DNA of 64,000 nucleotides, taken from assembly GCA_012295275.1 (NCBI GenBank), contig CM022679.1, positions 3,968,001-4,032,000 on the forward strand, in the 5' to 3' direction. Under the pieces are notes generated by a model that saw nothing but the letters and a program-made list of their open reading frames with translations, searched no databases and was not told the origin of the DNA. The position numbers were made by a program, and so were the translations under genes. The first letter of the stretch is position 1; each line of letters begins with the position of its first letter. This DNA is from Chrysomallon squamiferum. Its lineage: Eukaryota; Animalia; Mollusca. Shown one piece after another: positions 24,201-38,455 of the stretch.

Positions 24201-27200
24201 ATAATAGATACTGAAGAATATGAATTGGGCCAAACAGTATTGTCTCCAAATGATAATATTTAAGGAAAACGTAGATAAATAAATAAATTATTTTATTTTA
24301 TTCAGACATTTAAGAAAAAGAAAGAAAAAATATAAAAGAAAATAGTAAACAAATCTATTATTAATAATAATAATAAAGATAGTATTCAAAAAATAGAATT
24401 TAAATACATTTTTTTTTATATGTACTTAATACAACAACAACAACAAAAAAAAAGAAAACAAAAAAACACAACCAAACAAACAAAATAGAGAACACAAAAC
24501 CCCCCAAAACACCTCCACAAAACAAAATGTTTTAAAAAATTAAAGCAAAAAAATCGAATTTTTTACAAGCCTTTACAGTTATTTGTTACAAATATGTTAT
24601 TTACTGGAACTGACAGCCTATAAAAACAGAAAACGTGGGTCTGAGTAAAAATTTTGTGGGCTAGTCTTTTTATGGAATTTGAAACATTTTCAGAGAAAAA
24701 TCAGACCTTGTATGATTGTTTGTGTGTTACATCCATTTAGAGAAACCTAAAAAACTTTTTATAAACATTTGGCAGATTCTTTAAATGAAGTAGCTAGACA
24801 TTTTTTTTTTTCTGAAGTTGTTTTCCTAATTCATTTGGTATATATATCAACATCATTAGTTTTGTCATTTGGATGAAATCTGGAAGATAAATAATTGAAT
24901 TTATTTTTTTATTCAACTCTTCAGGGCTTGCAATTTTTTTTTTTACTTAGGAATAATTGTCACAGACCTTTGTTTGATTTTTTTTTTTTTTTTTTTTTTG
25001 TTCTTTTGTGTTATTTTTAAAATGTTGGTTATTTATTTGAAAATAAAAGTAATTAGTGTCATAGAATGTTTTTATTATTAAGGTTTGGAAAACTGCAACA
25101 TCATCACACAGTTCAAAGAAAAGTTTTCTTTTGTTTATCAGACAAAGCACAAGCCCTGGAGGGCAAATTATTTCTAAAAACAAGACTTATCTTTGTAGTT
25201 ACCAAAACAATATTATTTTAAAACTTTTTATGCCTTTTAGAACTTCAGCTGTTTGTCATGCTGAGTGTTTAAATTTTGACATGATTCAGTCTTCATGTTA
25301 GTTCTTTTAGAAAACAAATTTTTAACTATGATATGTATCAAAGATAAAATTTAACATTTAAATTTTAAATTTTTAGAATGATCATTTTATTTCTTTTACA
25401 ATTTTTATTGTGTTGGATACACAAGGAATCCTATTTAATATTTAAGACAAGATTTTTTAAAACATATCATTTGTGTTAATGTAAATATACTACTGTGATT
25501 ATTTTGTTATGTATTATTTGTTATCTTAGGAAAACATTAAATGAGAACAATTATTAATTATGTTCAGTGAATTTTTCAAATATTACTTACTTGTTTAATA
25601 TCATTGAAAATAAAATATATATTAAAATATACTGAGGAAAATTAAAATGCAATTACAAAAATTATTGTTTTTTTCACTTATTTTTGTTTTGTGGTATTCT
25701 TTTATTCATTATTTTGAAATCACTGAAGTTATAATAAATATTCATTCCATAAAAAATAACGATTACAATCTTTAATCTCTCTTGTTATTTTTATATGAAC
25801 TGATACATTACTTTAAAATTGTTTTATATAATTTACTGTGATGTCAGCTACTTCACTGATAAAATTTATATTATTATTTTATTATTCTTCTTGTTTTTAT
25901 TTTTTATTTTTCATTTGTTCATTCTATAGAAATTATTATTTATATATAAAATTTGAAAAGTATAGTATATTTGGAAATAGTTACATCAGTATTTAATACA
26001 AAACATTCCTATACCTTTCCAAACAATATTAAAATTATTTAATTTTAAATATACTTTTATCTGAATTAATGGTTAATACACATTTTACCTGTGAAAGATC
26101 TTAGAATCATATGTTTGTATTGAAATAACTTGACCATTGAAATTGAATATTTAAAAATAAAATAGCACATCCTTGGCTATATATATATGTATATATACAT
26201 ATATTGATTACTTTTTAAAGTTTTTTATTATTATTTATTTATTTATTAAACAGTTTTTTTTATTAATTCAGAAAACATACAATTTCTCCATTATCTATTT
26301 TTGTTTTGACAAAAAGCAATTCTGTAGAAATTGTAAATTTGTAAGCATATTATAATTCAAACTTAGAAATTTAATTTTTAAACAATTTTTTTTTTTCCTG
26401 AATACAAAGTTCCTTAAATAAGATAACATATTGATGCACATATTCTTGAATTAAAATTAAATAAATATCATTAATTTTATCACCAATACCTTTTCTTTTG
26501 ACATCAAAAAAAAATGTTAAGTGGATTATTTCAAAATATTTTGTCATTCAGTCATTGATGTGGCAAATATCTTTCATTTCCAGTAACCACTAACAACTAC
26601 TTCAGTAGTTCCTATCACATCTTTGTCATTAACTATTACCAAGGATGTATTTTTTACCTTTGTTATTTTATATTTTAATAAATTATTCAGATAAAATATT
26701 TATTAGTTTATATTTATGCTGAAATTATTCTGTGGTTGTGATCAAATTTTTAAGTATGATTTTTAACTATAAGAAATTCCTTTTATTATTATATTGATTA
26801 TCAAATTTTGAAATGTGTGTTTGATGTACAGATGTTTAATGGGAAATGTTTCAAAATGTTCATTCATAACAGGTTGTGATTGGCTGACATGCAAATTCTC
26901 ATTAATCTGATTGGTTCACTGTGAGTGCTAATGGTGCGTATTTACATAATTGTATATTTTATAATGTTCTCCATCAATCTGTACAGTTTTCTTACAAAAA
27001 AAAAATAAAAAATAAAATAAAAACAAATTTAATCTAGTTGATATTTTTATAATTTTATGTCTTTTTTTTTTGTTGGGCCAGTAACTGTAACATGGTATTA
27101 GCCCAACAATTAAATTTCTTGCTTGTTTAAATATACAAAATTAGTAATTTAGTTTTTTAGACATAGCCGTTCCAGATAAAAAATACTGTTGCTGAAACTG

Positions 27201-28310
27201 GTTTAAACAAAAAACTGTTGTATAAACATTAATAACTGCTGGTTCTGAAAACCACTGAATGCTAGCCTGTCTCTGTCTGGTCTCAAAGCAGCAGTTTCTG
27301 CCTCTCATCTGACTGCAATGATACATTTCAGATCTCTCCAAGGATTGTTAACTCTACCATGCAGCCTTTTTTGCATAGACCAACATCACAAAGTCCTACT
27401 TCTGATCTGAGACTTCAGAAAGATCACAACAATGCCGTTAAATAGCTTCCTAATGAGTTTGTGATCTTTGTCCTAACTGAGAAAAAGATTTCATTGACAT
27501 TGTGTTGATGTGCAATTTCCTATTAATTACTGGAGAGGCTGAGAGAGGTTGTAAAAAAACAAAGATATTTTGTCTAAATGTTCACACTGACTTGTAATAT
27601 CATTACATTTATGTATTTTTGTGTTTTATTTATTTTCAGTTACAAAATCTTCAATATTTTTACAGGTTTTGCAAACCAGCCAATCTTGCACAACGTGAAT
27701 TGTAATTTAAAATAAAACAGAAGGAAAATATCATTTTATTATCTTATAAAAACAAACATTCCTGCTGTTAGTTTAAGGATAAAATAAAATAATGACCTGA
27801 AAATATAGAAATAGTAACAAATTAAGAACAAGAGTATTTTGTTTGGGGTGGGTTGCTTTGTGTTACGGAAACACTGACATAGTCACTGGATGGGTCTTTT
27901 GCAAAGTGTTGCTCAGATTACAAATTGGCCAGTTTTATCCATAATAAAATTGGTACAAAATTTCAAAATGAAATTGCTGGGTTCAGAACAAAAAAGGAGC
28001 TGTACTGCACCTAGCATTTTTGTTTATTTTAAATTTGAACCCTGTTTTTATTGACTACTTTACTTAAGGTAGAAAACAAATTCATTGCATTTATACTATA
28101 TATTAGCTGTGGCAATGAATATGGCTAATACATACAGACACCCAAACTGACACACTCACCAACCCCCCCCACACACACACATGATATCTCATAAACATTG
28201 CTAAAGTAGCCCCTCCCCAAAAAAATCATGACTGTATTTTTAACAAAATATTTATGAAAATAATATATATTTCAGTAATGAAAATAATACACACTCCTCA
28301 GTTTGCATGT

Positions 28311-28513
28311 TCACAAACAACAGTATCTGAAGACTGAGACACTGATAACGACAAAAGGCATCATGAGGAGAGACGAATGTCTGCAGGCTGCATTGCACCC
28401 ATCTGTCTGGCAAGCATACGTACACACATTGGCATAGCCATAGGGAGTCATTTTTGGAAAACATTGTTCCTCATTTGTTCCATTTGCACTACACTCTCTC
28501 ATAGTTACAGGAC
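28311..28513 (-). CDS. Ly6/uPAR three-finger protein (quiver/sleepless-like), last coding exon with CxxxxCN end and hydrophobic GPI-type tail
   Basis: Minus acceptor TTTTTGCAG; GPVTMRECSANGTNEEQCFPKMTPYGYANVCTYACQTDGCNAA...LLMMPFVVISVSVFRYCCL*. Confidence 0.85.
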
Positions 28514-29114
28514 CTGCAAAAATAAAGGTTGTTGACAATTATTATTAGTACAGCGATGAAATGAAAGAAGAACGAATGAATACAAAAATCAAAAGAAGGA
28601 TTACTTATGGGATACCACATTCTTAACGGGGCCATTCTCTCCGTATGAAATCAGTTCTGATGTTTTTAGTGCTGGTTCTTGCGTCAGTGTTAGATGAATA
28701 TAAATTAGACAAACTCCCCCAAGAATACAAACCCAAATAAAATAATGTGAGAGTGAAAATAAATAAATAAATAAATAAATAAATAAACAAACAAAAAAAC
28801 CCTGGATTCTTTTTTTTTTTAATATGTCAAAGGTACACAAATATTGGTTTTACGGTTTGCATAGAAGTATATATATAGGTAAACAGATGGATGGATAGAT
28901 AGATATTTAAATATATATAAATTACAAATAAGCAAACAAAGAAAAAAAATTGGTTTGTGTTTAAATAGGGAGAAAAATTTGGTATAAGAGATAAACAATT
29001 TGCTTTATAATTACATCATATAATCTTACATCACTGCCGTTCTTTGCCATTCAGTTGTTTATAATGTACTATTTTGATGCAATTTGACTGAACATTGATT
29101 CTCATTCGGGTGAA

Positions 29115-29145
<31 letters not shown>

Positions 29146-29182
29146 TTTATTTCATTTATCAATCTCCTGTTGAATAACATTT

Positions 29183-29888
29183 CCTTGGCCTGGACTTTAA
29201 TGGATCTACAACTTCCATATCTTGAGTTCGAACCTTCCAGGCATCCCTCGGAACGTCTTCATAAAGCCGCCATTCTGGCTAAGGACTCGAATCTCAAGTC
29301 TCTAGCCTGGTCTTCTTGGTTCTTTTACATAGCATTCCTTGTCGCAGTTAGTGGCAGTTACCCAGGCACACGACAGGACTCGTCTTAGAGCAGCCATTCT
29401 GGCTAAGGACGTGAATCTCAATAGGCTTTTAGCAGACGTCAAAGAAGTGATTACAAAGAAAACTTGAAAACGCTGCATTTCAATTCGTTTCAATTAACGT
29501 TGGATTAAATTATGTATGATACAAAGATATATAATAAATTAATATTATTCTTATTTAATATTCGTTATTAATCAGTTAATTAATTATTTTATTCAAATAT
29601 AAAATATAGTTAATTAAGAAATGTACGTTTAATGTAGGCTCAGATCTACGTGGTTGTTACTAGAGGGACCAGTGCAATCAGTTATTAAGAAAATGTTATC
29701 TTTTTGATATAATATTCATTTATTTATTTAAATATATTCTATGGAGACGTATATATATATATATATATATAATTATTTTAAATGTTATGGAGTTTATTTT
29801 TAATCTGATATCAATAACTCAGTTTGGGTCCAGTCTTTTCGTATCTGTTTCAGTGTAAAGTATATTTCTGACGTATTTACTAAAGATG

Positions 29889-29921
<33 letters not shown>

Positions 29922-30365
29922 GTTGTGTCTTTATCAGTTAATTTCTTTATTTACGTACTGAGTTATTCTTTAAATAATATTGGTAACATTACAGTGCCAT
30001 TCCTACGGTTATTGTAATTGTTTCTTTGAATTACTAGAATTAACTATTTTCTTTCATTCGTTCTTCATTTTATTTACTGATTTAATTAGTAAATAAATGA
30101 ATTACTTGATTATACCATGTAGGATAGTCGAAGCAGACGCATTAATAAGTCCAGGTTAGGTTGCGGATATTCAAGTCCTTAGCCAGAATACTTGTAACAG
30201 TGAACAAGCAGATACCTAGAACGGTGAAATTCAAGACATCGACGACAGTGTTGACCCATAAAGAAGATTGGGCTAGGATCTTGATTATTCAATTCCTTTG
30301 ACAGAATGGCTGTAACAGTAAGTGGGGGCGATAACTATGAAGGAAGACAATGTTGATCCATCTGA
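29183..30365. repeat. Inverted arms each built from about 120-bp tandem subunits (foldback-like)
   Basis: GCCATTCTGGCTAAGGAC at 29269 and 29393 (+); reverse-complement copies at about 30175-30189 and 30293-30310. Confidence 0.7.
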
Positions 30366-30484
30366 TATAGTAAATGGATTGTCTCCCTTACACTATGAAT
30401 GGAGACTGTGAAGGAAAGCATGACAGTGACGTAGATTATTTTAACATAATTAAAATAAAGTTGTTTAGCAAATATATGATGATA

Positions 30485-30527
<43 letters not shown>

Positions 30528-31333
30528 GTTTTTAATAGTAGTAGTAGTAGTAGAAGTAGTAGTAGTATTGTCAGCAGTAGTGTTTGTAAATGTTATAGTT
30601 TGATTATTAAATTAGTTGCAAATAATAAATAAAAATGTACCAGTCAACAATAAACCTTAAAATTAAATGATCAAGATTAATATAAAGGATACAGATTTAT
30701 TACTACAGACTTCGTCAATAAATTATATTATTAACTAAATGAAATATTAAATGTAAATTGATTAAATTAAATAGATTAATATATAGTTTATTACAATATA
30801 TTTCATTAAAAAAAAAATGTAGATTAAATAATTAAATGAACTATATTAGTATGAATAGTATAGGTTTAACAGTACAAGTTTCATCAATAAAATTTCATTA
30901 TTAATTAAAACAAAAATAAATGTAGATTAAATTATTAAATTAAACATAGAATTATAACTGGCAAAAGTTTATTAGTACAAGCAGCAAGAACAAAATTAGA
31001 TTACTGATTAAAAGAGAAAATTAAATGTACGTGAAATGTTCTTCAAATGTCCAGTTCTGATTTTAAATGATCTAAAGGAAATTCAGAACCATCACTGACT
31101 GCAGAATCAATTGCGAACCTGAACAATAATACTTTATTACTATGAAAGGCTGGTCTCCAAGGAGATATAAATCTTTTAGGCAATATGTTTTACAGCAGCA
31201 ATTTTTGCACTTTAAATTTTTCCTACTCAGTTTTATAATACAAATAGCATGTGTTTAAAGCTGCATGCACGTAGCCTTACAGTAGATAACAGCTCAAGTG
31301 AAATAGTACGATAGGTAAACTTTAATTACATAC

Positions 31334-31468
31334 CTCTTTCTAACATGGCTTCGACTTTCAAACAGTATTTTGCATTCATGTCCTTCGGACACTCCAGTGA
31401 GGCAGTTTGACCTTTTTCACACAGAGGATGATGTAGAGACAGACACTGGAGACATTTCAGTCCAAACA
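31334..31468 (-). CDS. Ly6/uPAR protein, middle exon (FGLKCLQCLSLHHPLCEKGQTASLECPKDMNAKYCLKVEAMLER)
   Basis: Minus acceptor TTTTAG, donor AG|GTATGT, 135 nt, phase 1 to 1; LxCxxC start; 10 Cys up to the CN motif together with the last exon. Confidence 0.85.
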
Positions 31469-31513
31469 CTAAAACAGAAACATTGAACCTTGATTTTACA
31501 CATTGAGTGGGTG

Positions 31514-31594
<81 letters not shown>

Positions 31595-32444
31595 TACAAC
31601 ACGATAAATATACATTTAAAATTTTAGTGATATGATTTTGTATGATATATTCATTGTATTTATTTATCACGGTTATTTCAATAGTGCAATACAAAATATG
31701 TTTTCTGAATTGGGAACCAACATGAAATTAATTTGGATGACAATGATACAATATTTTTTTTTTTTTAAAGAAGAGAAAATCAGATAACGGATGTTGGAAC
31801 AGGAAAGTAATGTCCATTCTCACTCGACGTAGTAAGAAATAAAAAAATCTCTAACATCAGGTTGATTTTGTTAACTGATATATAAATAAGCTCATTTTTA
31901 TATATATATATATATATATCTCAAATAATATTCACTTTCTCAAAGGTAGGGATGCATACAGAATGATACTGTCAGCGGGGATGTTGTCTCAAAGAAAAAT
32001 CACCTACACTGACGTTTAAGGTAGTCAGTTAACTAGTAACCAAAATCAGACATAAATTATTTTAAAATGAATTAGATATAATACTTTATTGTAATTAACG
32101 TTATAAATCTGGACACTTAATGATGGAAAAAGATTAAAACAGACTAAAAATGTATAATTTATTTTGGGTAATCCCTTTGAGTGAAAACTGTTTACATTAC
32201 GAGGATTAGAAAGAGATTCATTCCCAGGTCAGACAAACTTGGTCTGTCATATGTGAAGACAGATTGTAGAAATACATGTGCCACGCCAAAAAATAGAAAG
32301 CATTAAATAGTCAGTGCATGTTGAGAATGCGTTGATTAATCACTGGTGCTCTTAATACTTGTGTGGAATACACAAACAGCATGTACTGTTACATAGGAAC
32401 GCTTAAAATGCTGCAGAGCAGTTTCAGTTAATCGTGTTGATCAG

Positions 32445-32494
<50 letters not shown>

Positions 32495-32715
32495 AAAAAC
32501 AAACAAAACAAAACAAAGCAAAACAGAAAACAAATAATAAAATAGTTAAAATGTTTTAGATATCTGATGAACTATACAAATTTTGTTGGCACTGAGACTA
32601 TGTATGACTGTATATGCAGTCGTCATAGTTAATTTATTTTCTACATATACACTACTACCACCACTGCTGCTGCTGTTACAGTTAGAACAGATATTACTAC
32701 TATTAATGTCACAAT

Positions 32716-32748
<33 letters not shown>

Positions 32749-34159
32749 CATGCTATTCAGCCGGAAAATATTTAACGTTCAGTTTTAGTATCAATGGAAA
32801 TGAATTTAACAACTTATCAAAACAGAAAAATTTATTTTCACAGAAAAGACTTTAGAATCAATAAGCTGAAAAGTGTTTTACTGGAATCATAAACATATTT
32901 TACATTCACATTACCATCCAAAGAAAACTGTGAAGCGAATTTGTCTTTTTAAGTTCACGACTCTGTCTCAGATACATTGAAATCCCAGAGAATAATTCAA
33001 GCTATTTAAATTACTAATGGCCTGCATTAATAATTACTCCATGTGAAATTATGTGGGTGGCAGCTGCAAAATATGGGAATGGTCTGAGAATGAAACTGGT
33101 ATTGTTAGCGCTGATGTTTCAGTTGAAAAGATGAAATGAACCTAATTGCCGCTCTTAAGAGACGACAGTCGTAGGCCACTGTAAACCCCACAATTAAACG
33201 TGGAAAACGCAGTAAACTGTTTTAAATCAAAGCTTTGATATATGAAACCTTTCTGCGATTATGCTTTGATTTGTTGTTTTCACGCTGGCACAAAGTAAAG
33301 CTAAGTGTACAGATAGCTGGAGGCGACTTTTATTTTGTTCAAATTAAGTTTTCGCTTTTCGTTTTAGTGACCTTGTCCAGTCCACTCTTTCAGCCTGTAC
33401 GTTTCATCGTTAGTTCACCAAGGGAGGTAATTAGACAGGTTAATGACTGGACAATGACGTGGAAAAAAAAAAAAAATCTTGATTATACAAGATAATGAAC
33501 TTTAGCATATGATGTATCTTTATTCATTTATTACTGGAGAAGAATGAATCAACAGGATTTGGTGGAAAACATTTTTTTTTTTGTCAAGGTTTAGATAACT
33601 GCACATACGCCATGCTAACTGGCAACCAATAGTCTACTGTTCAGCAACGTCACATATGAATAAACATATTTGTGCATTGGATAAGAGACATTTACGTGCA
33701 TATTGAGTCACTGATATACAACTTTTTCTAGCCTGCAGTTTTTAAATTTTGCATAAGCAGTGCCATTTGAAATTTGGGAGAAGTCCCGATTTTACAACCA
33801 GCGATCCCGCTTATGTTTTGTAAATCGGAGATTCTCAACCAAATGTAACATGTAACATAAACCATGAATTACTTTTATCGTGCGAAAAATCAATATTAAT
33901 CCATATGGCTTAATAATATTAATCCATACTGGATGCAAATGATCAGAACTGAAGGCACTTTATGGATCAAATTTGTGATTAAAAATATATATCATTTTAT
34001 ATAAAGTGAATCAAAATTTTTTAGCATAAATAATACAAACACTGGAACAGACCTTTCAATTACAAAATCAATTATTGAGCACCGTTTTCATAAATGAAAT
34101 AATCGACAAGTTTTAATATCCAGTGAATCGGAAACATCTGTCAGCCTGAAACGTTTATT

Positions 34160-34225
34160 TCGTACCCACGTGGCCATTTTCGAAATCCCCAAACACGTGA
34201 TTGCTTTGACGTCATATATAAAGGC
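34160..34225. promoter_or_regulatory. Cluster of two E-boxes, a CRE and a TATA box
   Basis: CACGTG at 34167 and 34194, TGACGTCA at 34207, TATATAAA at 34215. Confidence 0.5.
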
Positions 34226-34246
34226 TAAAAAAAGAAAAAAGTAAAT

Positions 34247-34332
<86 letters not shown>

Positions 34333-34638
34333 ATCGACTTCTTTCTGTCGTTGTTATTATTTTCGGTTCTTAACAGAAAAATTCAAGAAAAATTTAAAAT
34401 CGTCGTGAAACATTTGCACTCTGTTCGTGTCATGTCGCACTGAATTCAGCAGCAGCGTTCAGCGTACTCGACTGTTTACGGTCAGTCCCACCCTACCGCC
34501 CACACCGCAACCGATCGGTCTAAACTACATTAAAGGTTTTCTGAAACAACAAACGACTGTAACCTAACACTTCTGTTATTGTTCAACCTATTCTCTGACG
34601 TATTCTGAATGTAAACACACGTGAACACCGTTAAAACA

Positions 34639-34696
<58 letters not shown>

Positions 34697-36171
34697 CCCC
34701 AATGTATTTTCATATAATATTTGTACTGATAATAGTATTTATTTTGTAGATAATTCAAAACAAACGGTTGCTATGATTAAAAAAAAAAAAAAAAAAAAAC
34801 AACCTGACTGAGTAATATATTTAATTCGCCCTGGAGAATTGTTATCGCCAAGCTCGGTAATTGCTGGAAATTGGATCATCCGCTAGGAATCATGAATTGA
34901 GGTCATCGTGAAATTCGTTCAGAATGTTAACAGCCAGAATCCACCTTCCAAACATTCGATAATGACAAAATGTGTTTTCTGTGAAGAAGGCTTCAGTTGT
35001 CTTTGGAAGACGCACGTTTCTGTGTGTGTGTTCATGCGCTTGTGCGTGTCTGTACGTATCAGATAGGCACGCATGCTTAAATAAATACGCGTGTCGATCG
35101 ATATTGGTACATAGATACAAATATAAAATCACGCATGCATTGGCCTATATACAAACCCGAACCCATTACGTACATGCACGGATACACACACACACACACA
35201 CAAACACACGCACTGACACATACGTACAGGTACATGCACATGCATAAATCTACATACACATGAATAAATCTACATATACACATACATAAACACACATTTA
35301 CACTTACATACGTACACACGCACACACACACGCACACACTGATATATAAATATACTGAACAAATGAAACATGTTCTGTTACTGTTACATTCACTCTTCCA
35401 TTATACATTCTAAATTACTGATATACAATAAAATACTTTTATCAGTAGATAAAACACAGACATACAATAAAATATTTTTATCGGTAGATAAAATACAGAC
35501 ATACAATACAGCAGATAACAACGATTAACTAGCGACGTACAACAGAAATTAAGTAGATATTTTACTGTCAGTTAGCAGCAATTTTAAGTTATAATACCAG
35601 ACCATCTGTATTAAATGTAAAAAACAACAAAAAAAAAAAAAAAAAATAAATAAAACAACGAAATACACACACTCACACACACACAAAATCCCACCAAAAA
35701 CACAAAAACAAAAACACACACTCATACAATCAAAACCAAAACCCTCATCAGAACAACAAAAAATCATAACATTTCTCCGTCCCCTGTAAAAAAAAAAAAA
35801 ATATATAAACAACAAACAAAACAAAACAAAACAAATCAAAGAAACAAAATACCGATAATGAAAACAACGACAAAACAAAATAAAAACAAAAACAATCAAA
35901 AACAAACAAATGCACAAGAGTAAGAACAAAGAAGTTAGCGTAAGATCAAAACGTTTCCTTTAACAACAAAATCTCATCTTTAAGAACAAAGTCTGTTTTT
36001 ACGACAAAAAATAATTCCAGTACAAATTTATAAATTTTTCATGTAGGAACAAAATCTATCACAGAGGATCACAATCTTGGATGTAAGAATATACAGGAAC
36101 AAAACCTGTAATAAAAGATCAAAACCTTGACGCTATGCAAAACGTTTGATTTAAGACAGACATTTCAGTTT

Positions 36172-36263
36172 AAGACAAAACTTTTCATAAAAATAACAAA
36201 GTATTTCAACAAGACAAAACTTTTCATAAAAATAACAAAGTATTTCAACAAGACAAAACTTTT
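36172..36263 (+). repeat. 39-bp tandem repeat, about 2.3 copies
   Basis: AAGACAAAACTTTTCATAAAAATAACAAAGTATTTCAAC repeated. Confidence 0.85.
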
Positions 36264-36871
36264 CCAAAATGTTGTAAAAGTTTTGTCTCTGTTTCCGCTA
36301 TCTTGTGCATGTTTTAATCGCAATGCTCTTTGATAAAACTGTTATAACAACCGATTGATAGCAGCATGCTTAAAGGCTGTAGAGTCTTCATAACAGTAAT
36401 TTCCCTTGATAATTCCTGCTGTGGATATAATTGCTATAATGTACAGAGAGAAAATTATGACAATAATAGAAGCACTATATCAGATAAAGCTCCACTAAAC
36501 TGAAAAATTATTATCATTATTATTACTATTGCTATATTGTTATTATAATTATTATCGTTGTTGTTATTATTAATATTTTTGTTGTTGTTATAAGTAGTAG
36601 TACTACTACTACTACTACTCCTGCTACTGCTGCTGCTACTGTAACTACTACTACTACTACTGCAACAACGACAAAACATATATTGTTTTTGATTTCACAA
36701 ATTTATGAAGTCGATATATAGGTCATGTTCCTTAACCAGTTGTTACTTATAATTTTATTCCATACCTTTTTATCATTAATTTTTCATCAATCAAAAAAAA
36801 AGAGAAGAACAAAAATAAAAGAAGAAAAACAAAGTGTTATAAATTTTTAGGTTTAAAATTTTATATTTTCA

Positions 36872-37790
36872 ATATCAGTCATCAATAATTTCTGGGTATG
36901 CTGTTTTCAGTGTGTGATGTTAGATGTGTTAGAAATTGCATTTTGTTCCTAGCTTCATTAGATTCATAACTTCTCTTCACGAATGATGGTACCGCACAGA
37001 TAGCGATAAATCAATACGATATAACAAAAATGTAAACCATGAACGAAATGTTATTACGAAATATAATTACTGAATGCTTTTAAAGCATGTTTCTATGTTC
37101 TTTCTTCCATGTTTTCCATCCGTTTGTACGTTTATCCGTCCTTTCTTCAACACATCCTTCCTTCCACTTATTCATCCTTCTTTTCATTATTTTATTCTTT
37201 CTTTTTCTTTCGTTCTTTCTATTATCAGTTCGATATATCGTCTGCTATTCTACTTTTTCATCTGTAAATCGATTCCATCCATCTTTCGTTAAATATTTCG
37301 TCCTACTATCCGTCGTTCCTCTACTCCGTTGAATACTTTTTTTCCCAGTTCATTATTTCTCCGATCCTCAACAGTTAACAGTTTGTTAACCATCTTTTTT
37401 CATGAACAAAATCAAATTCACCAAGAAGAGGTTTTTACAAAATAAAAATAGTTTATGAAAATTCAAATTTATGTAGCTCAAAGATTGAAATTTGATAATA
37501 AATTAATTACGAATGTTAGCTTCATTTCAGATATCAGTCATCGGTAATTTCTGGTTTTATAGTTTTCCGCGTGTGATATGAGATGTGATAGAGACTGCCT
37601 TTTTGTTCCCAACTTCATTAGATTCATATCTTTTTTGTTTAGGGAAAACCGGCACTGCACAGTTAATGGTAAATCAATACGATATAACAAAATTTTAACC
37701 AGGAACAAAATTTCATTATGGAATATAATTACTAAGTGCTTTTATAAGAAATATCTGTGCACTTTTCCATCTGTTTGTCCTTTCGTCCGT
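36872..37790 (+). repeat. Diverged direct duplication of about 270 bp (about 36872-37140 and 37531-37790)
   Basis: Shared ATATCAGTCATC..TAATTTCTGG, CTTCATTAGATTCATA and TAAATCAATACGATATAACAAAA. Confidence 0.8.
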
Positions 37791-38121
37791 CTAGCATTGT
37801 CTTAACCCATCCTTCATTTCTCCATCTTTCCTTTTATCCCTGCTTCCTTCTTTCCAGCATTTTTTTTTTTTTTTTTTCATTACTGGTTCTATGCATCATC
37901 TAGCAGATGTTTCGGGGTTTTTTTTTCTATTTTTCTTTTTATCGTCAGAATATTAGGCTAATAGGTTTCTTTACAGCTATAGACAAATCAATATTATATG
38001 AAAAGATTTAAACTCGTGAACAAATATGATACAAGAAATATTTACTAAACGTTTTAGTACAGAAATCTTCATTTTTATTTCAACAGTTTATTCTTTGTTT
38101 ATTTCTTTTATTTCGCCATGA

Positions 38122-38178
38122 AATACATACATACATACATACGTACATACATACATACATATATACATAAATGATCAC

Positions 38179-38209
<31 letters not shown>

Positions 38210-38290
38210 CACACACATACACAGACATACAAACATACATACATACATACATACATACATACATACATGCATATATACATAAATGATCAC

Positions 38291-38321
<31 letters not shown>

Positions 38322-38376
38322 CACACACATACACACATACAAACATACATACATGCATATATACATAAATGATCAC

Positions 38377-38411
<35 letters not shown>

Positions 38412-38455
38412 CACACACATACACAGACATACAAACATACACACATACATACAAA
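38122..38455 (+). repeat. Compound (TACA)n minisatellite, 3 higher-order units
   Basis: ATATATACATAAATGATCACTTACATACATAC recurs 3 times. Confidence 0.9.

Noticed and set aside
29095-29493. ORFs on both strands at 29.1-29.5 kb
   Set aside because: They lie within the foldback-like repeat arm and show no domain signal.
32915-32927. 13-nt minus-strand micro-exon candidate in the Ly6 intron (CACAG|...|GTAATG)
   Set aside because: Not frame-preserving and no further support.
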